Source of the DNA: an uncultured bacterium
GTDB taxonomy: Bacteria > Omnitrophota > Omnitrophia > Omnitrophales > Abzuiibacteriaceae
Direction of reading: 5' to 3'
DNA length: 64,000 bases
Assembly: GCA_964387845.1 (NCBI GenBank)
Contig: CAYLXA010000002.1
Coordinates: 211,584 to 275,583, forward strand
Made by a program: the position numbers and the translations under genes. Position 1 is the stretch's first letter; each line of letters opens with the position of its first letter. Under the pieces are notes generated by a model. It was not told the DNA's origin. It saw only the letters and a program-made list of their open reading frames with translations, and made no database searches. Positions 37,949-47,638 of the stretch are shown piece by piece.

Positions 37949-37974
37949 TTTCGACCTCCTCGTTTTGTGAAATC

Positions 37975-40900
37975 TTAACTTACAATCCAAGCTGCTTTTC
38001 CTTCCTTCATTTCAAATTTCCATTTCCAAATAGCATAGACCACGGGATAAACCAAGAGTTCCAAGATGAACGACGTGAAAAGTCCTCCGATCATGGGAGT
38101 TGCGATCCGCTTCATCACGTCAGAACCTGCGCCGCTCGCCCACATGATGGGAATGAGGCCCATAAAAGCAGCCATCACTGTCATCATTTTTGGCCGGACA
38201 CGTTTTACAGCGCCATGAATAATTGCTTCTTCCAAATCTTCCTCTGTTTTCATTTTTCCTTTTTCAATGGCATCATGATAAGAAAGATCTAGAAAGAGAA
38301 GCATGAAGACACCCGTCTCCGCGTCCAGACCCATTAAAGCAATCATGCCGACCCAAACGGCGATTGAAACATTGTAGCCCAAAATCCAAAGCAGCCACAC
38401 GGCGCCAATTAAAGAAAATGGAACCGCGAGAAGCACAATGCCTGTTTTGACCGCGGATCGCGTATTCATATAAAGAAGAATACAAATCAAGAAGAGGGTG
38501 AGCGGAAGCACGACTTTTAAGCGCTCTTTCACACGGATCATATTTTCATATTGACCGCTCCAGAGAAGCGCATAACCTGGCTGAAGTTTAAGCTCCTTGG
38601 CCACAATCTTTTTTGCTTCTTCAACGTAAGTTCCAATGTCCCGTCCGGCCATATCCACATAAACATAACCAGCCAGAAGGCCGTTTTCATTTCGGATCAT
38701 CGCAGGACCTGTCACCATGCGAATATCTGCAAGCTGCGTGATGGGAATGTGCTGACCTGCCATCGTTGGAACAAGCACGCGTTTTAATTTCTCAATGTCG
38801 TCTCTCAGTTCTCGGGGATAACGAACATTCACAGGATAACGTTCTCTGCCTTCAATGGTCGTCGTAATGTTTTCACCACCAATGGCGGACATAATCACCA
38901 TCTGAACGTCAGCGATTGAAAGACCATAGCGGGCAATCTCATCACGTTTTATATCGAAATCAATAAAATAACCACCTGCCACACGTTCAGCGTAAATACT
39001 TCGAGTGCCCGGAACATCTTTTAAAATCATCTCAAGATGAGTCCCTATTTTTTCAATTTCATTAATGTCTGATCCTAAGACTTTAATTCCGATCGGCGTC
39101 CTGACACCTGTTGTCAACATATCAATCCTGTTTTTAATGGGCATTGTCCACGCGTTCGTAGTTCCGGGAAGCTTAAGCGCTTGATCCATTTCATTAATGA
39201 GATCTTCATGGGAAATCCGTTCCGGCCAAATATATTCAAATGGCCATTTGAACCATTCGGGCATCCATTTGGAATACCAACGGGTCTTCTTTCGCCATTC
39301 ACCGTGTGGTTTCAGCGTCACCACCGTTTCCCCCATGGAAAATGGAGCTGGATCTGTCGAACTCTCGATACGGCCAGATTTTCCGAAAACGCGCTCAACT
39401 TCTGGGAACGATTTTAGAATCTGATCTTGTTTCTTAAGAAGCTTCTGCGCGCTTGCCACAGAAATGCCAGGCAATGTCGTCGGCATATAAAGAAGAGAGC
39501 CTTCCCATAAAGGCGGCATGAATTCAGATCCTAAACGCAAATAGATTGGAATCGTCGTCAACACAAGGAAAAGTGCTGTCACAATCGTCGTCTTGCGATG
39601 TTTTAGAACGAAACGACAAACGGGTTCATAGATCCTGAAAAGAACTTTGCTGACGGGATGTTTTTCTTCCGGATAATAAGTCCCGACCGCAACCGTCGTG
39701 GCAATTTTGGAAGCCCATTTTGATTTAAATTTAAAAGGTTCCATTCTGGTAAAAAGCATTCGCAGAGCTGGATCTAACGTAATGGCCAAGATAGCGGCAA
39801 CCGCCATCGCCAAATTCTTTGCCCAAGCAAGCGGTTTAAAAAGACGGCCTTCTTGATCAACCAAGGTGAAAATGGGCATGAAAGAAACGGCTATTACAAG
39901 AAGCGAGAAAAAAACAGCAGGGCCAACTTCTTTTAAAGCTTGAAGCCGGATCGCATGATAATCGCCTTTTCGCCCACCCTCGATCCATTGTTCCAGTCGC
40001 TTGTACGCATTTTCGACTTCCACAATAGCACCGTCTACCAAGACGCCGATGGAAATCGCTATTCCTGAAAGTGACATAATGTTCGAGGTTAAATTCATCC
40101 GGTGAAGAAAAATAAAAGAAAGCAAAACTGAAATTGGAATGGTGACAATTGGAATAACCGCGGATGGGAAATGCCAGAGAAATATCAGAATGACGATGCT
40201 GACAATGATCATTTCCTCAAACAGTTGGTGTTTTAAAGTATCGATGGCATGTTCGATTAATTCAGAGCGGTCATAGGTCACGACCAGTTCAACGCCGACA
40301 GGAAGAGAAGGCCCCAAATCTTTGATCTTTGCTTTGACACGGTTAATCACGTTGAGCGCATTTTCTCCAGAGCGCATGATAACGGTGCCTGTGACCGTAT
40401 CGCCTTGGCCATCAAGATCAGCGAGACCGCGCCGGATTTCAGGCCCAAGCGAAACCGTCCCGATGTGCTTCACTAAGACGGGCGTTCCTTTGGAATCCAC
40501 CGCGACCACAATTTGTTCAAAATCCTCAACTGATTTTCCGTAACCGCGCCCTCTCACCATATATTCCGCGCCCGAAAATTCAATTAATCGCCCGCCCACT
40601 TCTTGATTTCCGCTGCGAATGGCTTCCACCACTTTCGTCAGCGGAATGTTATAGGCGAGGAGTTTGTTGGGATCTACGGTTATTTGATATTGCTTGACGA
40701 AACCGCCGAGTGTTGCGACTTCCGCTACACCGGAAACACTTTGAAGGTGGTAACGAAGATACCAATCTTGAAAGGATCTTAATTCTTGTAGATTGTGCTT
40801 GCCGGTTTTATCAACCAATGCGTATTGAAAAACCCACCCGACACCAGTCGCGTCAGGGCCAAGTTCAGTTTGGACGCCTTGCGGAAGGCGCGGGATGATT

Positions 40901-41295
40901 TTGCTTAAATATTCAAGTGTGCGGCTTCTCGCCCAATATAGATCCGTACCGTCCTTAAAAATGACGTACACATAGGAAAACCCAAAATCTGAAAATCCCC
41001 GAATGGCTTTGACATTTGGCGCACCCAACATCGAAGTGACAATGGGGTAAGTCACTTGGTCTTCAATAATGTCCGGGCTTCTGTCCCATCTTGAATAAAT
41101 AATGACTTGCGTATCAGAAAGATCAGGAATCGCATCGAGTGGAATACTTTTAATCGACCACACAGCTGCGGCAATCGCAACAGCAGTGAGAATAAAAATA
41201 AGGAATTTGTTATGCGCTGAGAATTCGATGATTTTTTCGACAAAACCGCCCTGCCTCAGCTTGTGCGATTGAAGCCCTTCTTTTTCATCCGCCAT
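37975..41295 (-). CDS. heavy-metal efflux RND permease, CusA/CzcA family
   Basis: The 1106-aa protein has 12 TM helices and large periplasmic loops, with an HME-RND family N-terminus. Confidence 0.9.
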   Translation of the reverse strand: MADEKEGLQSHKLRQGGFVEKIIEFSAHNKFLIFILTAVAIAAAVWSIKSIPLDAIPDLSDTQVIIYSRWDRSPDIIEDQVTYPIVTSMLGAPNVKAIRGFSDFGFSYVYVIFKDGTDLYWARSRTLEYLSKIIPRLPQGVQTELGPDATGVGWVFQYALVDKTGKHNLQELRSFQDWYLRYHLQSVSGVAEVATLGGFVKQYQITVDPNKLLAYNIPLTKVVEAIRSGNQEVGGRLIEFSGAEYMVRGRGYGKSVEDFEQIVVAVDSKGTPVLVKHIGTVSLGPEIRRGLADLDGQGDTVTGTVIMRSGENALNVINRVKAKIKDLGPSLPVGVELVVTYDRSELIEHAIDTLKHQLFEEMIIVSIVILIFLWHFPSAVIPIVTIPISVLLSFIFLHRMNLTSNIMSLSGIAISIGVLVDGAIVEVENAYKRLEQWIEGGRKGDYHAIRLQALKEVGPAVFFSLLVIAVSFMPIFTLVDQEGRLFKPLAWAKNLAMAVAAILAITLDPALRMLFTRMEPFKFKSKWASKIATTVAVGTYYPEEKHPVSKVLFRIYEPVCRFVLKHRKTTIVTALFLVLTTIPIYLRLGSEFMPPLWEGSLLYMPTTLPGISVASAQKLLKKQDQILKSFPEVERVFGKSGRIESSTDPAPFSMGETVVTLKPHGEWRKKTRWYSKWMPEWFKWPFEYIWPERISHEDLINEMDQALKLPGTTNAWTMPIKNRIDMLTTGVRTPIGIKVLGSDINEIEKIGTHLEMILKDVPGTRSIYAERVAGGYFIDFDIKRDEIARYGLSIADVQMVIMSAIGGENITTTIEGRERYPVNVRYPRELRDDIEKLKRVLVPTMAGQHIPITQLADIRMVTGPAMIRNENGLLAGYVYVDMAGRDIGTYVEEAKKIVAKELKLQPGYALLWSGQYENMIRVKERLKVVLPLTLFLICILLYMNTRSAVKTGIVLLAVPFSLIGAVWLLWILGYNVSIAVWVGMIALMGLDAETGVFMLLFLDLSYHDAIEKGKMKTEEDLEEAIIHGAVKRVRPKMMTVMAAFMGLIPIMWASGAGSDVMKRIATPMIGGLFTSFILELLVYPVVYAIWKWKFEMKEGKAAWIVS

Positions 41296-42562
41296 GTTGA
41301 TGCCCTCCGCCTCCGCCCATTCCCTGAAGCGCCGCTTTTAAACGGCTTTCCGAGTCAATCAGAAAATTGCCGCTTGTCACAACGATCTCACCTTCCTCAA
41401 GCCCGCTTTTGACTTGATAACCATTTTCCGTTTTGACTCCCAAGCTTACTTCGCGGGGCTCAAAGACACCTCCTTCTTTCATCACGAAAACAACGTTTTT
41501 CTCGCCCGTTGAAAATACCGCTTCCGTGGGAACCGTCACGCTTTCTCCCAAATTAATTTTGAGCATCGCGTTCGCGTACATTTCCGGTTTGAGCAAACCT
41601 TCCGGATTCTCAAGAATCGCCCGAACGCGCACAGACCGCGTCATGGGATCGAGAACAGAATCAATCGAACGGATAACTCCTTGAACCTTTTTATCCGGAA
41701 CAGACGGAATTTCAATTTCAAGCGTATCGCCAACTTTCACAAGGGGGATTTCATATTCATAAATCGGCGCATAAAGCCACACGCGGCCCCCCACATCGGA
41801 ATAAAGAAGAGAGCGATCCGGTTTTCCCAAAGTTTCTATTTCGCCGACAAGATCGCTGCTTAATCCGAGAAGTCGCAGCTTAATTTTGGCGGAATCGACA
41901 AGCTTCGCGGCTTGTTCTTTAATTTCCGGAACTGCGTTTTCGGCTTTTTTGAGAGCGCTAATCGCTTGTAAATACTCTTCTTGTGCTTGATAAAGCTCAG
42001 GGTCATAAGCAATGCGGCCTACGGTGCGTATCGTTTTTTCAATAACCATTTTTTTCACCGGCGCCGTCTCAATTCCGATTGCCTGTTGTTTGTCATGCGA
42101 TACAGTCACTTTGGCGTAGCCCTCGGGCGCCATTTGTTTAATCAGGATTCCTAAATCTTCACCGCAGTGAGGGCATTTGCCCGTTTTCGCAATTTCTTCC
42201 GTTATGGCAAACATGCACTTGCCCATTTTGCATTTATGAAGAAGGCAAATCTCTCCGGGTTTCATATTCATTAACTCTTTTATGGTTAATTCTTTAACAG
42301 CATCTGCGCCAGTGGGCGTAGCTTGTTGATGAGCTTCGTGAGAAGATTGTTCGCTGGTCTCTTCTTTTTTCACGAGCGACATATTGCAGATTGGGCAGCT
42401 GCCCGGGCGGTCGGACGTGTAAGTCGGATGCATGGGACAGTAATAAAGAGCCTTTTTTGATGATACTTTTTGACCCGCACCTTGGATAATTCCAGATTGG
42501 TAAGCCCAAATTCCTCCAAAGACGACAATAAAGATTAAAGCAATTGGAATAATTCTTTTCAT
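41285..42562 (-). CDS. RND efflux periplasmic adaptor (CusB-like) with N-terminal CPMHP-type metal-binding module
   Basis: The N-terminus reads YYCPMHPTYTSDRPGSCPICNMSL, with a second KCPHCGEDL motif, ahead of the HlyD-like barrel and lipoyl regions. Confidence 0.8.
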   Translation of the reverse strand: MKRIIPIALIFIVVFGGIWAYQSGIIQGAGQKVSSKKALYYCPMHPTYTSDRPGSCPICNMSLVKKEETSEQSSHEAHQQATPTGADAVKELTIKELMNMKPGEICLLHKCKMGKCMFAITEEIAKTGKCPHCGEDLGILIKQMAPEGYAKVTVSHDKQQAIGIETAPVKKMVIEKTIRTVGRIAYDPELYQAQEEYLQAISALKKAENAVPEIKEQAAKLVDSAKIKLRLLGLSSDLVGEIETLGKPDRSLLYSDVGGRVWLYAPIYEYEIPLVKVGDTLEIEIPSVPDKKVQGVIRSIDSVLDPMTRSVRVRAILENPEGLLKPEMYANAMLKINLGESVTVPTEAVFSTGEKNVVFVMKEGGVFEPREVSLGVKTENGYQVKSGLEEGEIVVTSGNFLIDSESRLKAALQGMGGGGGHQHGG

Positions 42563-43935
42563 TTTTTCTCCTCGCTCTGAATTAAATCAATACCCGTAGC
42601 GCGTACTAAATCCGCAAAACTACTGACTGCTTCCGTATAAAAACGAATCTGCGTGAGTTTTGCGTTCAAATAAACGCGCTCACTGTCTAATAGATTCAAA
42701 AAATCCATTTTGCCAGCCTCATATCCTGCTTGATCGGCAGAGAGAGCAAGCTTGGCTTGAGGGATGACAGCGGTTTCATAAAGGTCTGAAATGTCGCTTG
42801 CTGCTTTGTATCTGTGATAAGCGTCTTTGACTTCATAAAAGGTTGTGTTCTTAGCTTCCAGGAGTTTCGCTTGACTTGCTTCAAACATCTTTTGTGCTTC
42901 CTGAATTTCAGGAATAATCCGGTTCTGCCAAATAGGAAGGTTAAACCGTATGGGAAACATCCAGCTATCCTTGCCGTCGTCAGGATCCTCGGTCATTCCG
43001 GAACCGACCTGCGTGTATTCAAATCCGATATTGATATCCGGAATATTGGCAAGCTTGGCAAGCGTCTTCGCCTGTCCGCTTCGCGCCACCATGGCTTCCA
43101 TTTCTTTGATTTCTTGGCGATTTCGAACCGCCAAATTTACAAGCTCTACCAAAGATTGTTTTAAAACCGGCTTTTCGGGAGTGTTCGGAGAACCTAACGA
43201 AAGCATCGGATCACGGTCTAAAAGAGCATTGATCATTGCAGTGGTCGTTTCCCGTTCCCGTTTGAGCATAAATAATTTCTCCAATGTCATTGAGACTTCG
43301 GCTTGAGCTTTCGCCACATCGCGCTGAGCGCCTGACAGATTGGAATAGCGCGCCTCGGCCACGCTTTCAAATTTCTTGAGAAGCTCCTTGACCTCCTCAA
43401 TGGTTTGAAGCGATTGATCGACATAATAAAGTTCGCTGTAAAGCTTAGTGAGTTGATTGATCACATCGCGCTGCACGGCAAGATACTTTTGATATTTTGC
43501 ACGTGCCTCTTCATTTGCCATTTTTCCTTTCTTAACCAGCTTCAAGGGAAAGGGCATCTCCTGCGAAACCATAACCCTGTTTTCTTGAGGCCCGACTCGC
43601 GTCTCGACCATTTCCCCCATCAGGTCAAAACCTGCCATCGGATCCGGAAGCGCAGAATCGATCCAAATTCTTTTTTTGGCGGCAAGCCATTCGGCATGAG
43701 CGGCCACAATTCCGGGATTTTTTTCTCTGGCCATTTTGATCAAATCAGGCAGAAGTAAAACCAATTCCGCCGGTGCTTTTTCTGTCGGAGGAATCTCTGG
43801 CGCTTGAGTTTCTTGGGCATGGGTGGCTGCGGCGAAGTTCATCGCTAAGATGAAGAACAGAAAGTATTTAAAAAAAATCCGCCTCGATCTTTTCTCACAA
43901 CCCGCTTTTTTTAGATTAACCATAAATGATTCCAC
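42559..43935 (-). CDS. TolC-family outer-membrane efflux protein
   Basis: It has a signal peptide and two OEP repeats, and it overlaps the adaptor start. Confidence 0.8.
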   Translation of the reverse strand: MESFMVNLKKAGCEKRSRRIFFKYFLFFILAMNFAAATHAQETQAPEIPPTEKAPAELVLLLPDLIKMAREKNPGIVAAHAEWLAAKKRIWIDSALPDPMAGFDLMGEMVETRVGPQENRVMVSQEMPFPLKLVKKGKMANEEARAKYQKYLAVQRDVINQLTKLYSELYYVDQSLQTIEEVKELLKKFESVAEARYSNLSGAQRDVAKAQAEVSMTLEKLFMLKRERETTTAMINALLDRDPMLSLGSPNTPEKPVLKQSLVELVNLAVRNRQEIKEMEAMVARSGQAKTLAKLANIPDINIGFEYTQVGSGMTEDPDDGKDSWMFPIRFNLPIWQNRIIPEIQEAQKMFEASQAKLLEAKNTTFYEVKDAYHRYKAASDISDLYETAVIPQAKLALSADQAGYEAGKMDFLNLLDSERVYLNAKLTQIRFYTEAVSSFADLVRATGIDLIQSEEKK

Positions 43936-44025
43936 ACCTTAATCCTAACGAACAAGAAAAAGCATCGTACCAAAGAATAAAAGCATAATTAACGTGAGGA
44001 TGTTAAAGAATCCAGTCCTGTGGAT

Positions 44026-44343
44026 TCACTCTTTGCTCCTCTCACTGAGCATGACAAACAATTTCCCATTCGTCCTTAGCATCAGCACATGTCCTTCCCG
44101 GCAGAGCCATCCCAAAGCCATAAGAGTAATTACCCGATTCTGTGACAGGCGGCTTGTCAGCAATGAAAACTCAAGCGGGTCTTCCTCATCCAGGACAGTC
44201 CAGATTTCACCGGCAGCAATACCGATCTTTGTAATTGTGGAAGTATCTGAAAAAATCCTTACGTTCATTTCTTGAAGAACGCTTGACAATTCTGATTTTG
44301 TGGCAACAAAAGTTTCCGTTATCATATTCGCCTCCTGAAGCAA
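44026..44343 (-). CDS. small winged-helix-like protein, paralog family B (start uncertain)
   Basis: ITKIGIAAGEIWTVLDEEDPLEF...LMALGWLCREGHVL places it in family B. It has a longer N-terminus, and the start could be M7 or M26. Confidence 0.5.
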   Translation of the reverse strand: MLQEANMITETFVATKSELSSVLQEMNVRIFSDTSTITKIGIAAGEIWTVLDEEDPLEFSLLTSRLSQNRVITLMALGWLCREGHVLMLRTNGKLFVMLSERSKE

Positions 44344-44805
44344 TTACGCTTCCATGCCGGCCATGTTCATTTGTTTCATCGATTCCTGAAGTTTGGCGTG
44401 CAGCTGTGCTAAGTATTTCTCGGTTTGTTCGGACGTCAGTTCTTTTCTCACTTCGAGAATGTGTGCGGCGACTCCTTTTTCCAAGGAAATCTGTAGCGCG
44501 CCAATTTCCTCAACCTTTTGATCAATCGTCTTCGCATTCGCTTTTGGGTCCCCCAACATTCGCAGTAGTTCAAAACGCCCTTGGCATACTTTCATGCAAA
44601 TTTGATCCGCCGATTTCTGGAAGGTGGAATCCAATTTCTTCAAAGTTTCCGTCTGCTTCGCACTCAGTCCCAAGTTGGAATACCCTTCCCCTTGAGAGCG
44701 ATAACCCATCGGGCACATGGTCATGTTGCACATTTTTTGACTTGCCCAAAATCCAAAAAGCGTCACCATGGCAATCAACACTGCAAAGAAAAGCAGTCTC
44801 CTCAT
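44344..44805 (-). CDS. periplasmic LTXXQ-motif (CpxP/Spy/ZraP-like) heavy-metal sensor/chaperone
   Basis: A signal peptide is followed by a Met/Cys cluster (CNMTMCPMGY) and two LTxxQ-type motifs (LSAKQTETL, LTSEQTEKY). An ATGA overlap links it to the anti-sigma gene. Confidence 0.6.
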   Translation of the reverse strand: MRRLLFFAVLIAMVTLFGFWASQKMCNMTMCPMGYRSQGEGYSNLGLSAKQTETLKKLDSTFQKSADQICMKVCQGRFELLRMLGDPKANAKTIDQKVEEIGALQISLEKGVAAHILEVRKELTSEQTEKYLAQLHAKLQESMKQMNMAGMEA

Positions 44806-45299
44806 GACAAATTCCTTTCTTCGATCATAGTTAAATACGTTCCAGCGATCGAAGGAGATGGAATTCCTTTGTATTCTTGAAATCCGGAAAGGGTCTGAAT
44901 GGCTGAAGCAGGCCTTTGATTGAGACTCCAAATTTGGCCGCCGGAAGCCGAAAACCATCCGCCTGCGCTTCCAATAAGAAAAGCGATTGAAAGCACGGCA
45001 AACGCTTGAGATAAATTTGGAATTGGAATCGTCCATTCAAGATTCTTGAGGAGCTTTGAAAACCATGGCTCCTTGGAACGCGCGTAAACCTTACGCCAGA
45101 AAGCAGCATCAAAATCAGGGGAAGGCTCAATTGTTGCAATTGAAGTCCGGAGAACGTTCTGAAGCGTTTTTGCGACTTCAAATTCCTTTTGACAGGAAAA
45201 ACAAGCCTTTACATGCAATTCAAAGTCCCTTCCAACGGACTCTCGCAAGTTTCCATCCAGCCACCGTTCCATATTTTCTTGAATCAATTGACATTTCAT
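44802..45299 (-). CDS. zf-HC2 anti-sigma factor (membrane-spanning)
   Basis: The N-terminal zinc-finger motif reads HVKACFSCQKEF, with a single TM helix and a periplasmic tail. It lies immediately downstream of the ECF sigma region. Confidence 0.6.
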   Translation of the reverse strand: MKCQLIQENMERWLDGNLRESVGRDFELHVKACFSCQKEFEVAKTLQNVLRTSIATIEPSPDFDAAFWRKVYARSKEPWFSKLLKNLEWTIPIPNLSQAFAVLSIAFLIGSAGGWFSASGGQIWSLNQRPASAIQTLSGFQEYKGIPSPSIAGTYLTMIEERNLS

Positions 45300-45443
45300 T
45301 TTTTTATTCCTCTTATCAGTTCAACGCATGAAAGAACTGTCTCCCCCAAACTTTTTTCAAAAAATTCACGGTTGACCTTCCAAAAACAAAGACCCTGAAT
45401 CATTTCGTCAACCAATTCAAGGCCTTTTCCTTTTTGATTTCAA

Positions 45444-45851
45444 TTACCGCCTCGGCCTTGTGAAAGCAACGACTGCTTTCGTGCCGGGCGCCGGATTGGG
45501 ATTCAAAAAGGGGCGGCTTTTATCCACGTATTTTTCAAGTCCCTCGCTATTCCAGTTGCGGGATCTGGTAAATTTAACAATATCCTTGGTACCGCTAATC
45601 CCCTCAAACGGCGGTGCGGGTTCTATTCGCATGCGGGACGGCTCCAAGGTGGGCTTTGGCATTTTTTGAAGTGCGAGGTAATCATGATACTTCATCCATG
45701 CCACAACGGGTTTTGTCCCGTAGTATTCTTTCTGAAAATCTGCGAACGTCTTTGTGGGGGTTTGCTCGACTGCTGAATCAAGTGCGTAAGCGGATACAGC
45801 CAATATCCCCAAACTGATTAAAAAGCTTGAGTATTTTATAAGGTGTTTCAT
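45444..45851 (-). CDS. secreted protein, paralog family A (GTKD[IV]VAF repeats)
   Basis: The block FADFQKEYYGTKPVVAWMKYHDYLALQKMPKPTLEPSRMR is followed by GTKDIVKFTR and GTKAVVAFTR repeats. Confidence 0.5.
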   Translation of the reverse strand: MKHLIKYSSFLISLGILAVSAYALDSAVEQTPTKTFADFQKEYYGTKPVVAWMKYHDYLALQKMPKPTLEPSRMRIEPAPPFEGISGTKDIVKFTRSRNWNSEGLEKYVDKSRPFLNPNPAPGTKAVVAFTRPRR

Positions 45852-45930
45852 CTTCCCCTCCTCCTCGTTTTATGTTCCTACTTAGTAAACGCTTGAGGAG
45901 AGAAAAACCCCCTTACTTTTTTAGGATTAA

Positions 45931-46551
45931 TCAGGATAGGTATTTTGCCAGTCTTTTCCTTAACTCGCCCTTAGCGTGGTAAATCCGTCTTTCAACTGCT
46001 TTTGTGGTGATCCCCAAAATTTGAGCAATTTCTCCATAAGGTAGTTCTTCAAACTGATAAAGGAGGAGCGGCGATCTTATATGCTCTGGCAATTGATAAA
46101 TTTCATTTTGAAGGAGCGCTTTAAGCTCATCGCGATCAAGAGCTTCTTTCGGAGAAGGCGATCTTAAGTTGGGCAAGTTCTCAAGAAAAGTTTGCTCATC
46201 ACCGCTTTCCTTCTGGATTTTCTGATCCAGCGAGATCGGAAAGAATTTCCTTCTGCGAATTAAATCGAGCGACGCGTTGACCGTGATGCGATAAAGAAGG
46301 GTGTAGAACTTGGCGCGCGGATCGTAACGGATTTTCTTCTCGTAGATCCGAATAAAAACTTCCTGAGCGATATCTTCGGCGCTTTGTGCTTCTTTCAAAA
46401 ACCGGAAAGCCAGGTTAATTACTTTCTTTTTATATTTTTCAAAAATACTCTCAAACGCAGACTCTTTTCCTTGAAGAAAGTCATTGATGAGAAGCCAGTC
46501 TTCATCAGCATGTTGAGTGGGCAGCGCATTCTGTATCGGTGTCTGCATCAT
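45931..46551 (-). CDS. ECF-subfamily RNA polymerase sigma-70 factor
   Basis: It has region 2 (DIAQEVFIRIYEK) and the region 4 HTH (LPYGEIAQILGITTKAVERRIYHAKGELRK). Confidence 0.85.
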   Translation of the reverse strand: MMQTPIQNALPTQHADEDWLLINDFLQGKESAFESIFEKYKKKVINLAFRFLKEAQSAEDIAQEVFIRIYEKKIRYDPRAKFYTLLYRITVNASLDLIRRRKFFPISLDQKIQKESGDEQTFLENLPNLRSPSPKEALDRDELKALLQNEIYQLPEHIRSPLLLYQFEELPYGEIAQILGITTKAVERRIYHAKGELRKRLAKYLS

Positions 46552-46557
46552 ATCTCA

Positions 46558-46956
46558 TTATAATTTGTTACTAATCTCACAATCAAATGGCGATTTATCA
46601 GAGCGCCAGACCGCAATCATCAGTTCTTTTGTTGATCCAATAAAACCGCCATACTTTTGATTATACAAATCTATGATTTCACCCTCCCGGTGCCCTTGCT
46701 TAAAGAGCGAAATTAGATACGCTTTTCTTTCCAAAGCGCCTCCGGGTTCATGACACGGACATTCGGCAACCGTGAGAGAACAGTTCATTGGGCAAATGCA
46801 GCGAAACTTCTTCCCGATTTTTTCAACCAGCATGTTTTCATCGTGTTTTTTACCTTCATAAACCGCAAATGAAATCATCATAATAAGCGTTCCCACCCCG
46901 ACGCCGATGCCAAGTGCATTTCTTAGATGATCAAATTTCTTCGCTTTTTTATTCAA
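46558..46956 (-). CDS. CcmH/NrfF-like membrane-anchored Cys-motif protein
   Basis: A TM anchor is followed by FRCICPMNCSLTVAECPCH and a ...RYG..-like tail (YNQKYGGFI) that resembles the CcmH fold pattern. Confidence 0.4.
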   Translation of the reverse strand: MNKKAKKFDHLRNALGIGVGVGTLIMMISFAVYEGKKHDENMLVEKIGKKFRCICPMNCSLTVAECPCHEPGGALERKAYLISLFKQGHREGEIIDLYNQKYGGFIGSTKELMIAVWRSDKSPFDCEISNKL

Positions 46957-46989
46957 CCTGATAGCCTTTGGTTTCGTGCACTATTTGCT

Positions 46990-47619
46990 TTATTCATGAC
47001 CGTGATCGTGGGAATGCTCATGAGAAGGTTCGACTGATTCATGCGTCATGCTTTTCAAACCAACACCCACGCCCTTTGAAAAAACCATCCTTCCGCCCAA
47101 ATCGGCTCCTTGAGTTAAAACCAAAGCTAAAAACGCGAGACCTATTAAGAAAAACGTTCTGCCTTTGGATGGAATATTTGCTTTTGAGAAAAAAACCCAT
47201 ATGCAAAGCACAAGGCCTAAAGCCAGCACCGCAAATCCAAAATATTGGTGTGCCATCATCATTTTATGCACCTGTTCGTCATGCTGGACAGTTCCCGCGG
47301 CTTGAAGCCCTGTCCAGACGGCAAGCGCGGCACTTAAAGTTCCGAAATAAAGCTCCCATCTCGCGGCAGCGAAGAGTTCTTCTTTACGAAAGATACTGCC
47401 CAAAAAATAAAAGGCGGTTGACGTTAAAAGAAGAGCGATCGGAAAATGGACAAAAAGCGGGTGGAAATTAATAAGCTCTTGAGCGCCTTTGAGTCCCCAT
47501 TCCACTCCGACTGGAACGTTGGATGCGTGCTCATGACCTTCATGCGCTACCAATATAGGTGGCAAGAAAACCGAGAATAAAACCACAACCAAAATGATTC
47601 CCAACATAAGCTTCTTCAT
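46990..47619 (-). CDS. 4-TM membrane protein with His-rich termini (DUF2231-like, tentative)
   Basis: The N-terminus reads HEGHEHAS, the TM core carries an HPLFVHFPIALL motif, and the C-terminus reads HEHSHDHGHE. Confidence 0.45.
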   Translation of the reverse strand: MKKLMLGIILVVVLFSVFLPPILVAHEGHEHASNVPVGVEWGLKGAQELINFHPLFVHFPIALLLTSTAFYFLGSIFRKEELFAAARWELYFGTLSAALAVWTGLQAAGTVQHDEQVHKMMMAHQYFGFAVLALGLVLCIWVFFSKANIPSKGRTFFLIGLAFLALVLTQGADLGGRMVFSKGVGVGLKSMTHESVEPSHEHSHDHGHE

Positions 47620-47638
47620 ATTTCACCCCTTTTTTTAG

